From UHGV virus genome UHGV-0293664: a stretch of DNA of 64,000 bases; one strand, given 5' to 3'. A program made the position numbers and the translations under genes. Position 1 is the first letter of the stretch. Each line of letters begins with the position of its first letter. The stretch comes from a virus. The notes under the pieces were generated by a model. The model was given only the letters and a program-made list of their open reading frames with translations. It ran no database searches and was not told the origin of the DNA. Below, piece by piece: positions 21,265 through 30,354 of the stretch.

Positions 21265-21434
21265 TTTTTTGTTACTCCGTTCTGTATCTGTGATAATGAG
21301 AATAGCAAACTGGAGTGTGTGCTGTCAACAACATTTTTTAAGCGTTTTGGGGAAGTTTTTTGAAAGGTGGGTGTAATCACAAGAGGGGGTAGAGTTATTG
21401 AAGGCACAGGCCTCGTTTGAGGCCTTAAAACAGA

Positions 21435-21815
21435 TTATGATGCTTTGACGTAGCGCTCTGACAAAGCTGGGAAGCCAAAAGCAGCACCTACACTGCCGTA
21501 CGCTATCCACCATTGAAGTTCATCGTGACACCATTTTCCGATCAGAAAGGTGCTGGGGTAGCGGGTCAATATTTTGGCATAAGCTTTAGGGTCTGCATCC
21601 TCTGGGATAATGATGCTTGGAACATCTTTGTTATGACCACAGCAGCAGTTTAGAGTTTTCAATCCTGCCGCCCATAGACTCATGATAGGCTTAGCCATGC
21701 ACTTATCAAGGCACACACGTTTTTTGCCGTCTCGAAGTTTTTTAGGCACATCAACGATAACATTTGGATGCTTGGCACCTTTCACTTTCCAATTATAGGA
21801 TTTACACTTGCACAT
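21435..21815 (-). CDS. Cys-rich hypothetical protein
   Basis: 126 aa; CxC...C...CCCGH cluster; GGAG RBS 9 nt upstream. Confidence 0.45.
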   Translation of the reverse strand: MCKCKSYNWKVKGAKHPNVIVDVPKKLRDGKKRVCLDKCMAKPIMSLWAAGLKTLNCCCGHNKDVPSIIIPEDADPKAYAKILTRYPSTFLIGKWCHDELQWWIAYGSVGAAFGFPALSERYVKAS

Positions 21816-21941
21816 TTAATCAGTCTCCGTCTAGAAAGCTCTGTAACTAAAATGATGCACAAAACTACCTAGCAATGCAATCTTATGCCTGCGGTGAGTT
21901 AAGTGCGCTACAGGGACTCCTGTTGCGTTTTAAGGCATATT

Positions 21942-22112
21942 TTACTTAAAGTCTTTATCACCTGCCACGATTGCATGAATCCACTCATTGTGATGCTTAA
22001 TAGCGGTGAGATGTAACATGATGTAGTGATCGTCATTGCCAAACATGGTATGATAGGCTTTGGCAGCATTTTGATATAACTTCCACATCAGGTAATAATA
22101 TCTTCGCCTCAT
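21942..22112 (-). CDS. Small hypothetical protein
   Basis: 56 aa ORF below track cutoff; ATG with GGAG about 10 nt upstream. Confidence 0.3.
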   Translation of the reverse strand: MRRRYYYLMWKLYQNAAKAYHTMFGNDDHYIMLHLTAIKHHNEWIHAIVAGDKDFK

Positions 22113-22117
22113 GGCTC

Positions 22118-22582
22118 TTACTCCGGTTCAGGATCTGGGTAATCTTCAATAATAAAGGGCCATCCGTTCCGCTTAGCCTCAGACTTATACTCGATCTCCT
22201 TCATTGCAAACTCTAACTGATTCTTAGCCGGAATACATGCCGGAGAATCATCAATCCAGATATCTGGGTAGATATCAAACTGCGCCAGATAGGCTGCCTT
22301 CTGAACACCCCCAGTATAAAACACACCAACATCAAGCTCCTTGCGCCAATACTCAATGTCTACATTGTCTTGAGTAATGAATCGGGAAGTCACAAGGTAG
22401 ACTGTCCACCCCTCCTTCTTCAGATCCCTGATCAGGCGGGAGAAGATGAAAGGGCTCGCATTAAACGTTCCATCAAAGTCAATGGCAATGATGTGCGTGC
22501 CGTGGCGAGTCTCATATGGATTGCTCGTGGTAAGATTGCTGTAGTTAAAAGGAACTTCTTCCCCGCAGTAGCTGTAGTCCAT
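22118..22582 (-). CDS. HAD-family phosphatase (5'-nucleotidase-like)
   Basis: IIAIDFDGTF motif I (DxDxT); start ATG 22582 preferred over in-frame GTG 22588. Confidence 0.6.
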   Translation of the reverse strand: MDYSYCGEEVPFNYSNLTTSNPYETRHGTHIIAIDFDGTFNASPFIFSRLIRDLKKEGWTVYLVTSRFITQDNVDIEYWRKELDVGVFYTGGVQKAAYLAQFDIYPDIWIDDSPACIPAKNQLEFAMKEIEYKSEAKRNGWPFIIEDYPDPEPE

Positions 22583-22584
22583 AT

Positions 22585-22860
22585 TCACACCTTCTCGTTG
22601 ATAAATTTACGGGCGGTTTGGTGAGTTGTTTCTGCTGTCTTCAGAATGATGTTAATTTTATTGTCAAGATCATTCATCTCTGCAGTTAATTCAGGAATCT
22701 CTCCGGCGTGCATAGTGAAATCATACATAGACATGCCCAGAATCTCATTGATGCGGCGGTTGCATTCTGCAGCACGCTGGTTCATTTTCCAAGCTAACAC
22801 CAAAGCCTCCTGCGTAGCCTCTAGTGCAAAATCTAATACGTCGGCCTCTTCTTTCGTCAT
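22585..22860 (-). CDS. Hypothetical helical protein
   Basis: 91 aa; ATG start. Confidence 0.45.
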   Translation of the reverse strand: MTKEEADVLDFALEATQEALVLAWKMNQRAAECNRRINEILGMSMYDFTMHAGEIPELTAEMNDLDNKINIILKTAETTHQTARKFINEKV

Positions 22861-22917
22861 GTCAGTCTCTCCTGTTGTATTGTTGGTAGGTGTATGAATA
22901 CCTTATAACTCACCTTT

Positions 22918-23484
22918 TTATTCAAACTGCAATAGTAAATCCACCACCGCGCTAGGTCTGTCAACAAATTCCCCTGGTCCACATGCCCATAAAGGGTATC
23001 CGTCTACATACCGCCAAATCCAACCTGCAGTGTGGAGTTCGAGCAGGGCAGTACCGTCCTTACTGTCAACCACTCTTTCCCACAGTGTCGGGCAGCGAAG
23101 CTTGAGGATCGGATCCCCTCCCTTATACCCGTCCATGTAGATACCCATTGCAAAGTTCAGCATCATCTTTTTGTGCACCGATCTCTTACTGAGAGTGCTC
23201 ATCACTTCCTCTTTGTGAATGTTTGTAAGCTTCTCCTTGGCTATCCGCAGATCGTTGCAACCATTGTTCAGCAAATCTTCTAGACACCTGATCCGAAGGT
23301 CGTGAATGTCTTTGTCGTGTACCGTTGGCACAGGGTCGTAGCGGTATAGCACTGTTGATACAAGGTTGCTCGGGTGTGGGTCTGACAGCAACCCATAACC
23401 CCAATACTCTTCTGTATCTGAAAGGACAAGACACCCAATGTCTCTGTCAAGCTTTCCTGTGTTGTAAGCCACATTGACCGCCAT
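22918..23484 (-). CDS. Hypothetical protein
   Basis: 188 aa; ATG start. Confidence 0.45.
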   Translation of the reverse strand: MAVNVAYNTGKLDRDIGCLVLSDTEEYWGYGLLSDPHPSNLVSTVLYRYDPVPTVHDKDIHDLRIRCLEDLLNNGCNDLRIAKEKLTNIHKEEVMSTLSKRSVHKKMMLNFAMGIYMDGYKGGDPILKLRCPTLWERVVDSKDGTALLELHTAGWIWRYVDGYPLWACGPGEFVDRPSAVVDLLLQFE

Positions 23485-23486
23485 GA

Positions 23487-23732
23487 CTATAGCTCCACTA
23501 GCAAAGTGCTTTCAAAGTGCCGTTCATGCAGACCGTTGTAAGGGACCACCTCCACAACGCCATCACGAACATATGGGGTCATCATAGTGGTATAATCTCC
23601 AAACGGGTTGGTATTGTCACTAACCACAACCACCTTCTGCCCTTCCTTGGCAGAGTGCCAAATAGATCTGCACTTCATCAGGTGTTCGAGAGCTCCAGGT
23701 AAAATTTTGTTACGTTCTTTACGGGTCTTCAT
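23487..23732 (-). CDS. Hypothetical protein
   Basis: 81 aa; 2-nt gap to downstream gene. Confidence 0.45.
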   Translation of the reverse strand: MKTRKERNKILPGALEHLMKCRSIWHSAKEGQKVVVVSDNTNPFGDYTTMMTPYVRDGVVEVVPYNGLHERHFESTLLVEL

Positions 23733-24178
23733 AACAGGTATAGCTCCTTATGAAAGTGATCTTTTAATTTCTCACTGAGAAACTTCTTGATACCTTCCTC
23801 TAAAGTGTTTTCGATGTAGTCCAGCTTAACTGCTTCGATAGACATATCATAGATCGCCAGCTCTAAGCTGTCAAGTCCCATCATAGCATGAACCATAAGA
23901 TTTTCATCTTCAGATACATTCAGGGGACTTCCTATAACATCTGGAGGCAGAATAGTTTCCCAATTATTCTGGGTGGTAGTTCTCCCCCCCTCTGCTTTAC
24001 GGCGCAGTTCGAATGTGTTCTTAGTATAGAACACTTCATAAGAAACGATACGACTGTCGCTCTCATAATAAACGAAGTTCAGGTAGGAGCCTAGCCGCAG
24101 TCGGCAAACTTCCACCCCAAACCATTGTTTCTTATAAGAATTCAGGCTAATGCTGTCGCATTCACGTTTGCTCAACAC
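23729..24178 (-). CDS. Hypothetical protein
   Basis: 149 aa; GTG start with AGGAGA RBS. Confidence 0.45.
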   Translation of the reverse strand: MLSKRECDSISLNSYKKQWFGVEVCRLRLGSYLNFVYYESDSRIVSYEVFYTKNTFELRRKAEGGRTTTQNNWETILPPDVIGSPLNVSEDENLMVHAMMGLDSLELAIYDMSIEAVKLDYIENTLEEGIKKFLSEKLKDHFHKELYLL

Positions 24179-24194
24179 GGCTCTCTCCTTTTTG

Positions 24195-24428
24195 TTAATC
24201 TTCGTAAATCAGGATTTCTGCTTTAGGTTTTCGTGCTTTCAGATCCAGCTCTATCCAATGCACCATGGCTGTTTCAAGAAAAACAGCCTGGATGCATCCG
24301 TCCTCAGCGTGCCCTACCAACATAACAAGATCTTCACCTTCGTCATCTGCATCACGAACATACAGAATCTCTCCAGATTCAAAGTCTTTCACAACCTGAT
24401 TGCTGGATAATTTACGAATTTTTGCCAT
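24195..24428 (-). CDS. Small protein, tandem paralog 4 (most divergent)
   Basis: 77 aa; last of four head-to-tail small genes. Confidence 0.5.
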   Translation of the reverse strand: MAKIRKLSSNQVVKDFESGEILYVRDADDEGEDLVMLVGHAEDGCIQAVFLETAMVHWIELDLKARKPKAEILIYED

Positions 24429-24429
24429 A

Positions 24430-24693
24430 TCAGAAACCCTCTAAAAAGCTCTTGTAGAAAACAATCTCAGTGTCCACACCAGTCACAATCTTGTCGTTCC
24501 TGATTTCATCGGTAAGATAGGTGTCAAAACGCAGAACCTGTGTGGTGTTGTCACACATCCACTCAGCTGTGACCATTGCGAAAATCTTAGCATCTTCATT
24601 ATCCGGTGTAAATGTTACCACCTCACCGCATTTAAACTTTTCGATAGGTTGAGTGTTAGCTTTCGGCTCTGCGATAGTGATTTTTGTGGTCAT
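24430..24693 (-). CDS. Small protein, tandem paralog 3
   Basis: 87 aa; CGEVV and FD motifs shared with neighbours; start overlaps upstream stop. Confidence 0.5.
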   Translation of the reverse strand: MTTKITIAEPKANTQPIEKFKCGEVVTFTPDNEDAKIFAMVTAEWMCDNTTQVLRFDTYLTDEIRNDKIVTGVDTEIVFYKSFLEGF

Positions 24694-24956
24694 TATTCTC
24701 CTCCTTGTTTTGAATAGCTTGTCTCTCCAAGGATGGTAATTTTGGTATCAAGCTCTGTAACTTTCATGTTTGGTGGCAGATCGTACAACTCCTTATTTTC
24801 TAAATCGAACCCCCACACACAATGTTCTCCTGTTTTGACAATCATAACTATGTTTTGAATGCCGTCTCCGTCGCAACTTACCACGGTCCCACACGGAAAA
24901 CTATCTGCACGCTTTTTGTTCTTCACCTTAGAATTGAATACAATGCTAGTAGCCAT
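24693..24956 (-). CDS. Small protein, tandem paralog 2
   Basis: 87 aa; MAT...K.KK...GTVV...WGFDL...VTELD...ILGE shared with paralog 1. Confidence 0.55.
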   Translation of the reverse strand: MATSIVFNSKVKNKKRADSFPCGTVVSCDGDGIQNIVMIVKTGEHCVWGFDLENKELYDLPPNMKVTELDTKITILGETSYSKQGGE

Positions 24957-25219
24957 TATTGTTCCTCCACCATAACTTCGCCAAGAATTTCTATGCAGGC
25001 ATCCATTTCTGTAACAACCAAGGTGTGAGGTAGTTCTGCAAACACCTTTCTGAACAGGTCAAATACCCCAACATATATGTTTGCAGGATGTGATTTTACA
25101 ACAAGTGCTGTATTCACATCCCCAAGTTCATCAACAAACATCACCACAGTGCCTGGAGCTACTGAAGACAGATACTTCTTAGTTTTACGGTTTGATGCAA
25201 ATTTTAACTCTGTTGCCAT
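24956..25219 (-). CDS. Small protein, tandem paralog 1
   Basis: 87 aa; AAGGAGG RBS; same length and motifs as paralog 2. Confidence 0.55.
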   Translation of the reverse strand: MATELKFASNRKTKKYLSSVAPGTVVMFVDELGDVNTALVVKSHPANIYVGVFDLFRKVFAELPHTLVVTEMDACIEILGEVMVEEQ

Positions 25220-25234
25220 AAATAATCTCCTCCT

Positions 25235-26716
25235 TTATTTAGCGTACTCGATTAATTCCACAGTTTTCCCAAAGCTCGGGATATAATTTTTATTATACCC
25301 CTCGGTGAGAACCCATAAAGTATCGTACTTTTTCCACTTGTTGTCAACAGCCTTTTGTTCAAAGTTATGCTCAAAGTATAGGTCGGTCAGGACGATGACA
25401 TCTTTTGCATTCGGTATATTGGCATCCAGATACTCGAACACGCAAGCAGCTGTTGTGCCCCATGTTGAGTGGACCTCATAGTTGATCATCTCATCTATGT
25501 TACCGCGAGTGTATACTTTAACCTCTCCAACCTCAGTTGACCAACAGAACATTGTAACCTTAAACTCTTTATACAGATTGCACAATCCGGTGATTTCATT
25601 GAACATTTTCTTTAAAGTTCTTTGAGAGATCGAGCCAGAAACGTCTAAAGCCACCACAATATCTATGGTGTTTTCCGGATTACGACCAGGAACAATAACG
25701 TGCTGGTTCTTGTTTATAGCCCCAACTTTTCGCATTGTGCTGGTCAAAGACCCAGATCGGCGACCAGGTTTTCTGTAGGTCAGTTCAGCCTTTCGTTTAG
25801 ACAACATGCGTTGCTTAATGATATCTATATAGTTGATTACAGGCTTGCCTCTGTTCTTGACAAACTCACGCACCGCCTCAGGGCAACGACCTCCGGAAGC
25901 TTGCATTGCTGCCTCCAGCATGTCACCAGAATCCTGCATGGCCTGATCTTTATCAGATTGGCTGATTACAGGTTGTGGCCGATCATACCCCATAGCCTTC
26001 CCAAGATCATCGCTGGTGCCACCGTTCCCGCTCATGTGATCATCGGTTTGTCGCTTATCTCCTTGGGAGTTATCACCTTTACCGCTCTTACTTTTACCGT
26101 TATTTTGATCTCTTTGCCTATCAAGAACTGCATAGACGTTCTCAGCAATCCATCCATGAAACTTCATGTCGCAGTAGCAGCTGGCTAAGAAACCAAAAGG
26201 CTTACCTTTTACGAACGTAGTGCTTTTCCCCTTCGGGAAGAAAACACAAGGGGGCTTGCTAAAGTCAACCACAAGACCTGTGTTGATAACGTGATCACAA
26301 GCAATATTGAACAGTTCCGGCTCAAAGCTTTTGCCACGGACCAGGTGATCACAGATAATATGCCCCACCTCATGTGACAGAAGGAAAGCCACCTCTTTCA
26401 CAGATTTGGGGGAATAGAAAACTTCAGCCATCTCAAACTGCTCTCCAGTTAGAGAGGCCTTGAGAATAGCCTTGCGTTCATCAGCCAACCCCATAATGAA
26501 CTCAGGACTGTAATAGATGCGTTTATGGTCGGTTGCCATGGTGGAGCACCATGTGTGGTTTTCTACGAACTGTAACCCTGACAGCAGTGTGCCATAAAAC
26601 GGCAGCTTTTCAAGGAGATACATACGTGCAGCCTGTAACATTCTCAGGGCATCATCTTTCTGTGAGGCAATGATTTCTGAACTTCTGCTATCCATTAAAA
26701 CTCCAGAAGGGGCCAT
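25235..26716 (-). CDS. vWA-domain protein with N-terminal zinc-metallopeptidase motif
   Basis: 493 aa; HEVGH (HExxH) and VVALDVSGSIS (MIDAS DxSxS). Confidence 0.7.
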   Translation of the reverse strand: MAPSGVLMDSRSSEIIASQKDDALRMLQAARMYLLEKLPFYGTLLSGLQFVENHTWCSTMATDHKRIYYSPEFIMGLADERKAILKASLTGEQFEMAEVFYSPKSVKEVAFLLSHEVGHIICDHLVRGKSFEPELFNIACDHVINTGLVVDFSKPPCVFFPKGKSTTFVKGKPFGFLASCYCDMKFHGWIAENVYAVLDRQRDQNNGKSKSGKGDNSQGDKRQTDDHMSGNGGTSDDLGKAMGYDRPQPVISQSDKDQAMQDSGDMLEAAMQASGGRCPEAVREFVKNRGKPVINYIDIIKQRMLSKRKAELTYRKPGRRSGSLTSTMRKVGAINKNQHVIVPGRNPENTIDIVVALDVSGSISQRTLKKMFNEITGLCNLYKEFKVTMFCWSTEVGEVKVYTRGNIDEMINYEVHSTWGTTAACVFEYLDANIPNAKDVIVLTDLYFEHNFEQKAVDNKWKKYDTLWVLTEGYNKNYIPSFGKTVELIEYAK

Positions 26717-26728
26717 TGGCCCCTGTTA

Positions 26729-27718
26729 TTATTTAACGTGTTTGAAAATACCTGCCAACTCGGTCATTGTCATGCGGGTGGTCTTCATAAGATCTGTCAT
26801 AGCTTTCTCCATAATTGGGGATACTACCATAAAGTTTCCTTTAGTGAAACCTTTATTCCAGTCGGTCACCAACAGTGGTTTAAGTCCAGCTCCGAGACGT
26901 TCACCAGTTAAAGCACAACATTTTCGAATGTATGTGCTCTTAAACTGGCTGAATGACAGATCCACTTTCATACCTGCATCGTAGAACGTCTGGCAATAGA
27001 AAGTGTAAGCTTTGGCAATCTCAACATCGTCAGGCAGTGCAGGAACCTCTTCTGTAAGCTCTTCTTCGACCCCTTGAGGCTCTTTTTCCTCTTCGTAAGC
27101 CTGTTGCGTCATCTCTTCAATCTCCTCTACTACAGGCTCGTTTACAATGTCAGAAATGTGCTTGTTGGCTCCACGATTAGCCATGAAGTTTTTAAAATCC
27201 TGCATTGGTGACATATCTTCCTCCCATTCTTCGTCAAAGAGTGCCAGTTTATCCTCTTCCGTTCCATATTGCAAGATGAAATCTTCAAAAGTGTAATCAC
27301 CTTTCAATTTCTCCATACGCTCTTCGCTCAGGTGGAGCATCATCTGCTGGACAATTTTTCGATCAGTTTTGTCTTTAATCAAGACTGCGGTCTTTTTATC
27401 TACCAGACAGTCCTTTAGAGAGTTGCATCTCAACCCTACCACACAACAGTTATCAACCGCATAAGGGCCTTCATCATCTATCCGCTCTAGAGATGGGTAG
27501 AAAGGATTTCCCAGTCCGTTTTCATCCGTGTGCATGTCGAAAGGTATAAGGGTATAGTCGCATACTCCATCTCCTAAAAGTTTTTTACCAAATAGGAGAT
27601 ATTCTTCCCATGACAGGTTGAACTCTATATCTCGTTTCCGTGCATTATTCTGTTTGCGTCTGTATTTTTTGAGCAAGCGCTCTAACTCTTCTGGTGTATA
27701 ATATTTTTCAAGATTCAT
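26729..27718 (-). CDS. Putative HNH-like (endonuclease VII-type) nuclease with acidic linker
   Basis: FNLSWEEYLLF...C...ERIDDEGPYAVDNCCVV module, weaker second copy; ATG 27718 preferred over in-frame TTG 27784. Confidence 0.4.
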   Translation of the reverse strand: MNLEKYYTPEELERLLKKYRRKQNNARKRDIEFNLSWEEYLLFGKKLLGDGVCDYTLIPFDMHTDENGLGNPFYPSLERIDDEGPYAVDNCCVVGLRCNSLKDCLVDKKTAVLIKDKTDRKIVQQMMLHLSEERMEKLKGDYTFEDFILQYGTEEDKLALFDEEWEEDMSPMQDFKNFMANRGANKHISDIVNEPVVEEIEEMTQQAYEEEKEPQGVEEELTEEVPALPDDVEIAKAYTFYCQTFYDAGMKVDLSFSQFKSTYIRKCCALTGERLGAGLKPLLVTDWNKGFTKGNFMVVSPIMEKAMTDLMKTTRMTMTELAGIFKHVK

Positions 27719-27749
27719 GAGTTGTCTCTTGTGCTCTGTGGGTGGAGAA

Positions 27750-27778
27750 ATCTTACCAAGGGCCTGGGAAGATGTCAA
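27750..27778 (-). promoter_or_regulatory. sigma70-like promoter for leftward operon
   Basis: On minus strand TTGACA, 17-nt spacer, TAAGAT. Confidence 0.5.
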
Positions 27779-27791
27779 CCTCAAAAACGTG

Positions 27792-27820
27792 TTGACTTTA
27801 CTCTAAATCCTCGATATAGT
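27792..27820 (+). promoter_or_regulatory. sigma70-like promoter for rightward operon
   Basis: TTGACT, 17-nt spacer, TATAGT. Confidence 0.6.
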
Positions 27821-27860
27821 GCACCCATTCGAAAGAAAACTAGCATAGGAGTACTTATTC

Positions 27861-28760
27861 ATGGCAAATCTTAACAGTTTTAGCACCAGGTGGCAACAGG
27901 ATATAACAACCAATCTTTCAGCTGGAGATATCCTTTCTGCAATTTACGAGGCTTTGGATGATAAAGCTACTTCAAGATCGGTTTGTACTAATCCGCTAAT
28001 TCCTATAGTGATGAAGGTAATTGAGCGGAGGTTGGTATCCGGGTCTGATAAGTGGACATACCTTGATAATGGAGGGCATACTTACTCCAACGGATATGTT
28101 GATATAAAAGTGGAATACGCAGTATCATACCGCCGGAGCGGTTCTGTAACTTTCAACTTCTCTGGAGGTTTTCGATCTCTGGCTACTTCACCTTTTGTTT
28201 CCTCAGAGGAGAAGTATGAGCTGCCATTTCTTTGGATGATGGCTAACGCGACAGGAAAAACCCCCGTTAGCATCCGAGTAAAATACAACTACAACGGATC
28301 TAGTAAGATCTATGCCGAAAGTGCCTCAGCAAGTTTTTATTTTGTGATGGGGGATGGAATCCTCAAACATATAAAGATGTGCGATATGCATGATGTTATA
28401 AATGAAGTGACTGATAAGAATGTTCTAGTGAAAGACCTCAATAATTTTTATACACCTGGAGACTATTACGTCAACCGCCCACTGTGCATCTTTAATGCCG
28501 CACACCCTTTAGGTGAGTATTTGATCGCCAATAGCGATATTGCCAATAACCGCTTCGAGGTAGCAAGAGTACAGAATGAGGTATTGACATCTTGCAAGAG
28601 CGGTGATAAGTTTACCGAAGAAGAGATGGGTGTTTTAGAAATGATGGGATATAAGTGTAGCCTTTGGGTAGATGAGGTGTTTAATGACTGCATCTATGGA
28701 CAGGATATTTACCCGTTAAAGAAGTATACTGATTCCAGTTTAATTTACGCGGAGATTTGA
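27861..28760 (+). CDS. Hypothetical protein
   Basis: 299 aa; AGGAG RBS. Confidence 0.55.
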   Translation: MANLNSFSTRWQQDITTNLSAGDILSAIYEALDDKATSRSVCTNPLIPIVMKVIERRLVSGSDKWTYLDNGGHTYSNGYVDIKVEYAVSYRRSGSVTFNFSGGFRSLATSPFVSSEEKYELPFLWMMANATGKTPVSIRVKYNYNGSSKIYAESASASFYFVMGDGILKHIKMCDMHDVINEVTDKNVLVKDLNNFYTPGDYYVNRPLCIFNAAHPLGEYLIANSDIANNRFEVARVQNEVLTSCKSGDKFTEEEMGVLEMMGYKCSLWVDEVFNDCIYGQDIYPLKKYTDSSLIYAEI

Positions 28761-28762
28761 CT

Positions 28763-29035
28763 ATGATGAAGTCATGTGGTAGTGTATATTATGTTGGTGA
28801 GAATGTTCAGGCAGACAGCGTGTGGAAATCCATTAAGTCTACCACCGACGATGCCTTCTTGAGCGGGTTATGTTTTCCCAGCCCTGGGGACACTCTCCCT
28901 TACCCTGGAGATTTTGTTGTCAACAAGATGGACGGTTATACCGTGTGCCTGATGGTTGAAAAAATCTTTTTAGACACTAGACACAATCACCGTCTTGTGT
29001 TAAAATTTCAAGAATGTAAAATGACAATTGCCTAA
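28763..29035 (+). CDS. Small hypothetical protein
   Basis: 90 aa; ATG 28763 preferred over track TTG 28757. Confidence 0.45.
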   Translation: MMKSCGSVYYVGENVQADSVWKSIKSTTDDAFLSGLCFPSPGDTLPYPGDFVVNKMDGYTVCLMVEKIFLDTRHNHRLVLKFQECKMTIA

Positions 29036-29048
29036 GGAGGCCTTGCCT

Positions 29049-29405
29049 ATGTCTAAAGTTACGTATCGTGCAGCTATTTACTGCAATGAACACCCAATCA
29101 ATAATGATGGTCACTGCCTTTTTAAAGAAAATCAGTTGGGCTGTATTGTCCTCCCTGATGAAGGGAAAGGTTATCTGATTGCATTGACAGGGTTTGAGCC
29201 TGAAGCTTTGGAAGCCAATCTGGACTACCTGGTAGAAGAGGGTGCTGCAGACCTGGTTGCCAATGGCCTCTCCATAAACCTTGACGAAGTGGAGCGCTTC
29301 ATGGGCAATTACCGTGTAGTGCGTGAGTTTACTATCGAGGTGGAAACTCCAGAGTGGGGTAGCCCTGAAACTAATACCGAAGAAAAAGAAGAGGAGGTAG
29401 AATAA
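29049..29405 (+). CDS. Small acidic protein
   Basis: 118 aa; ATG 29049 with AAGGAGG RBS; Glu-rich C-terminus. Confidence 0.5.
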   Translation: MSKVTYRAAIYCNEHPINNDGHCLFKENQLGCIVLPDEGKGYLIALTGFEPEALEANLDYLVEEGAADLVANGLSINLDEVERFMGNYRVVREFTIEVETPEWGSPETNTEEKEEEVE

Positions 29406-29662
29406 TGAAAGTGCAGATTTTGACTAATGCCGAGAAGATGTTTATTGAAGATACACCTTTTGAAGCTGGTGAGCTACAGTTCGTTTATTTTGTTGACTTA
29501 GATAAGGTGTTCCCTGCACTGAATCTGGGTCTGGATGAAGTTCCTCATAAGGTTTTGTGCCAAGTTGTTCGTGCTTTAGCGGCAGATGGGGAGTTCCACA
29601 CTCTTGAAGATATCCAGACCTACGGGTATCTTGAACTACAACGAGAAGAAGAGGTGGATTGA
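29405..29662 (+). CDS. Small acidic protein
   Basis: 85 aa; TAATG overlap with upstream gene. Confidence 0.5.
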   Translation: MKVQILTNAEKMFIEDTPFEAGELQFVYFVDLDKVFPALNLGLDEVPHKVLCQVVRALAADGEFHTLEDIQTYGYLELQREEEVD

Positions 29663-29664
29663 TA

Positions 29665-30045
29665 ATGGCCCGATGGAAGACAACGGTTGACCTGCATGAT
29701 CAGTGGTTAGGACGCATCACTGAAGACGGGAAACTAGTAGAGTGGGACAATAAACATGTCAGCGAGTTGGCAAGTATTGTGGCTGGCAAGTTACGCTCCA
29801 AGTTCCCTGAACAACTGGATCCTGATAATTCAAAGTTCGATCCTGAGTTGGAGGATGTTGTATACTACTTCGATACCGTGGATGACTACGATGCGTGGTT
29901 TGCAGCACGGGAGCTTTACCCACAAGGCTCCGCTATGCGTCAGATGGAAGAAGATTATCCTCCGTGCGAGCAATTCAATAGCGCAATGACTTGCCTCTAT
30001 GATTGGGCAGATAAGAACCTTGTCTGGATCCGGACTGCATTCTAG
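29665..30045 (+). CDS. Small acidic protein
   Basis: 127 aa; ATG 29665 with GAGGTGG RBS. Confidence 0.5.
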   Translation: MARWKTTVDLHDQWLGRITEDGKLVEWDNKHVSELASIVAGKLRSKFPEQLDPDNSKFDPELEDVVYYFDTVDDYDAWFAARELYPQGSAMRQMEEDYPPCEQFNSAMTCLYDWADKNLVWIRTAF

Positions 30046-30051
30046 CAGGCT

Positions 30052-30354
30052 GTGGCAAGGATGCCACTTAAAAGAGTAATAAGCATGTTATACCAGAAAC
30101 ACAAACTTTGTGCAGAAAAAGAGTTAAATTTTGACAAAGTTATCCACAGATATTGTTATGGGAAAACCGGAAGACAACTAAGAAGGTGTACCCCAACATT
30201 CTTTCACCCCAGTAGACGGCTAAGTCCTGAAGAAGCAACAGCAGAAAGGGTTGCATACAACTGGGAAGTTGTGTACGATATTGACAGATCCGATGTGGCA
30301 TCTGTTTTGGAAAACTTTGAAAACACTTACACACAAGTAGAGGACTTTTACTAA
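30052..30354 (+). CDS. Hypothetical protein
   Basis: 100 aa; start uncertain (GTG 30052 or ATG 30061); stop overlaps AAA gene start. Confidence 0.4.
   Translation: MARMPLKRVISMLYQKHKLCAEKELNFDKVIHRYCYGKTGRQLRRCTPTFFHPSRRLSPEEATAERVAYNWEVVYDIDRSDVASVLENFENTYTQVEDFY

Noticed and set aside
21300-21330. Fur-like site GATAATGAGAATAGCAAAC near the minus-strand promoter upstream of 20935..21264
   Set aside because: Only the first half-site matches the Fur consensus, so not reported as a feature.
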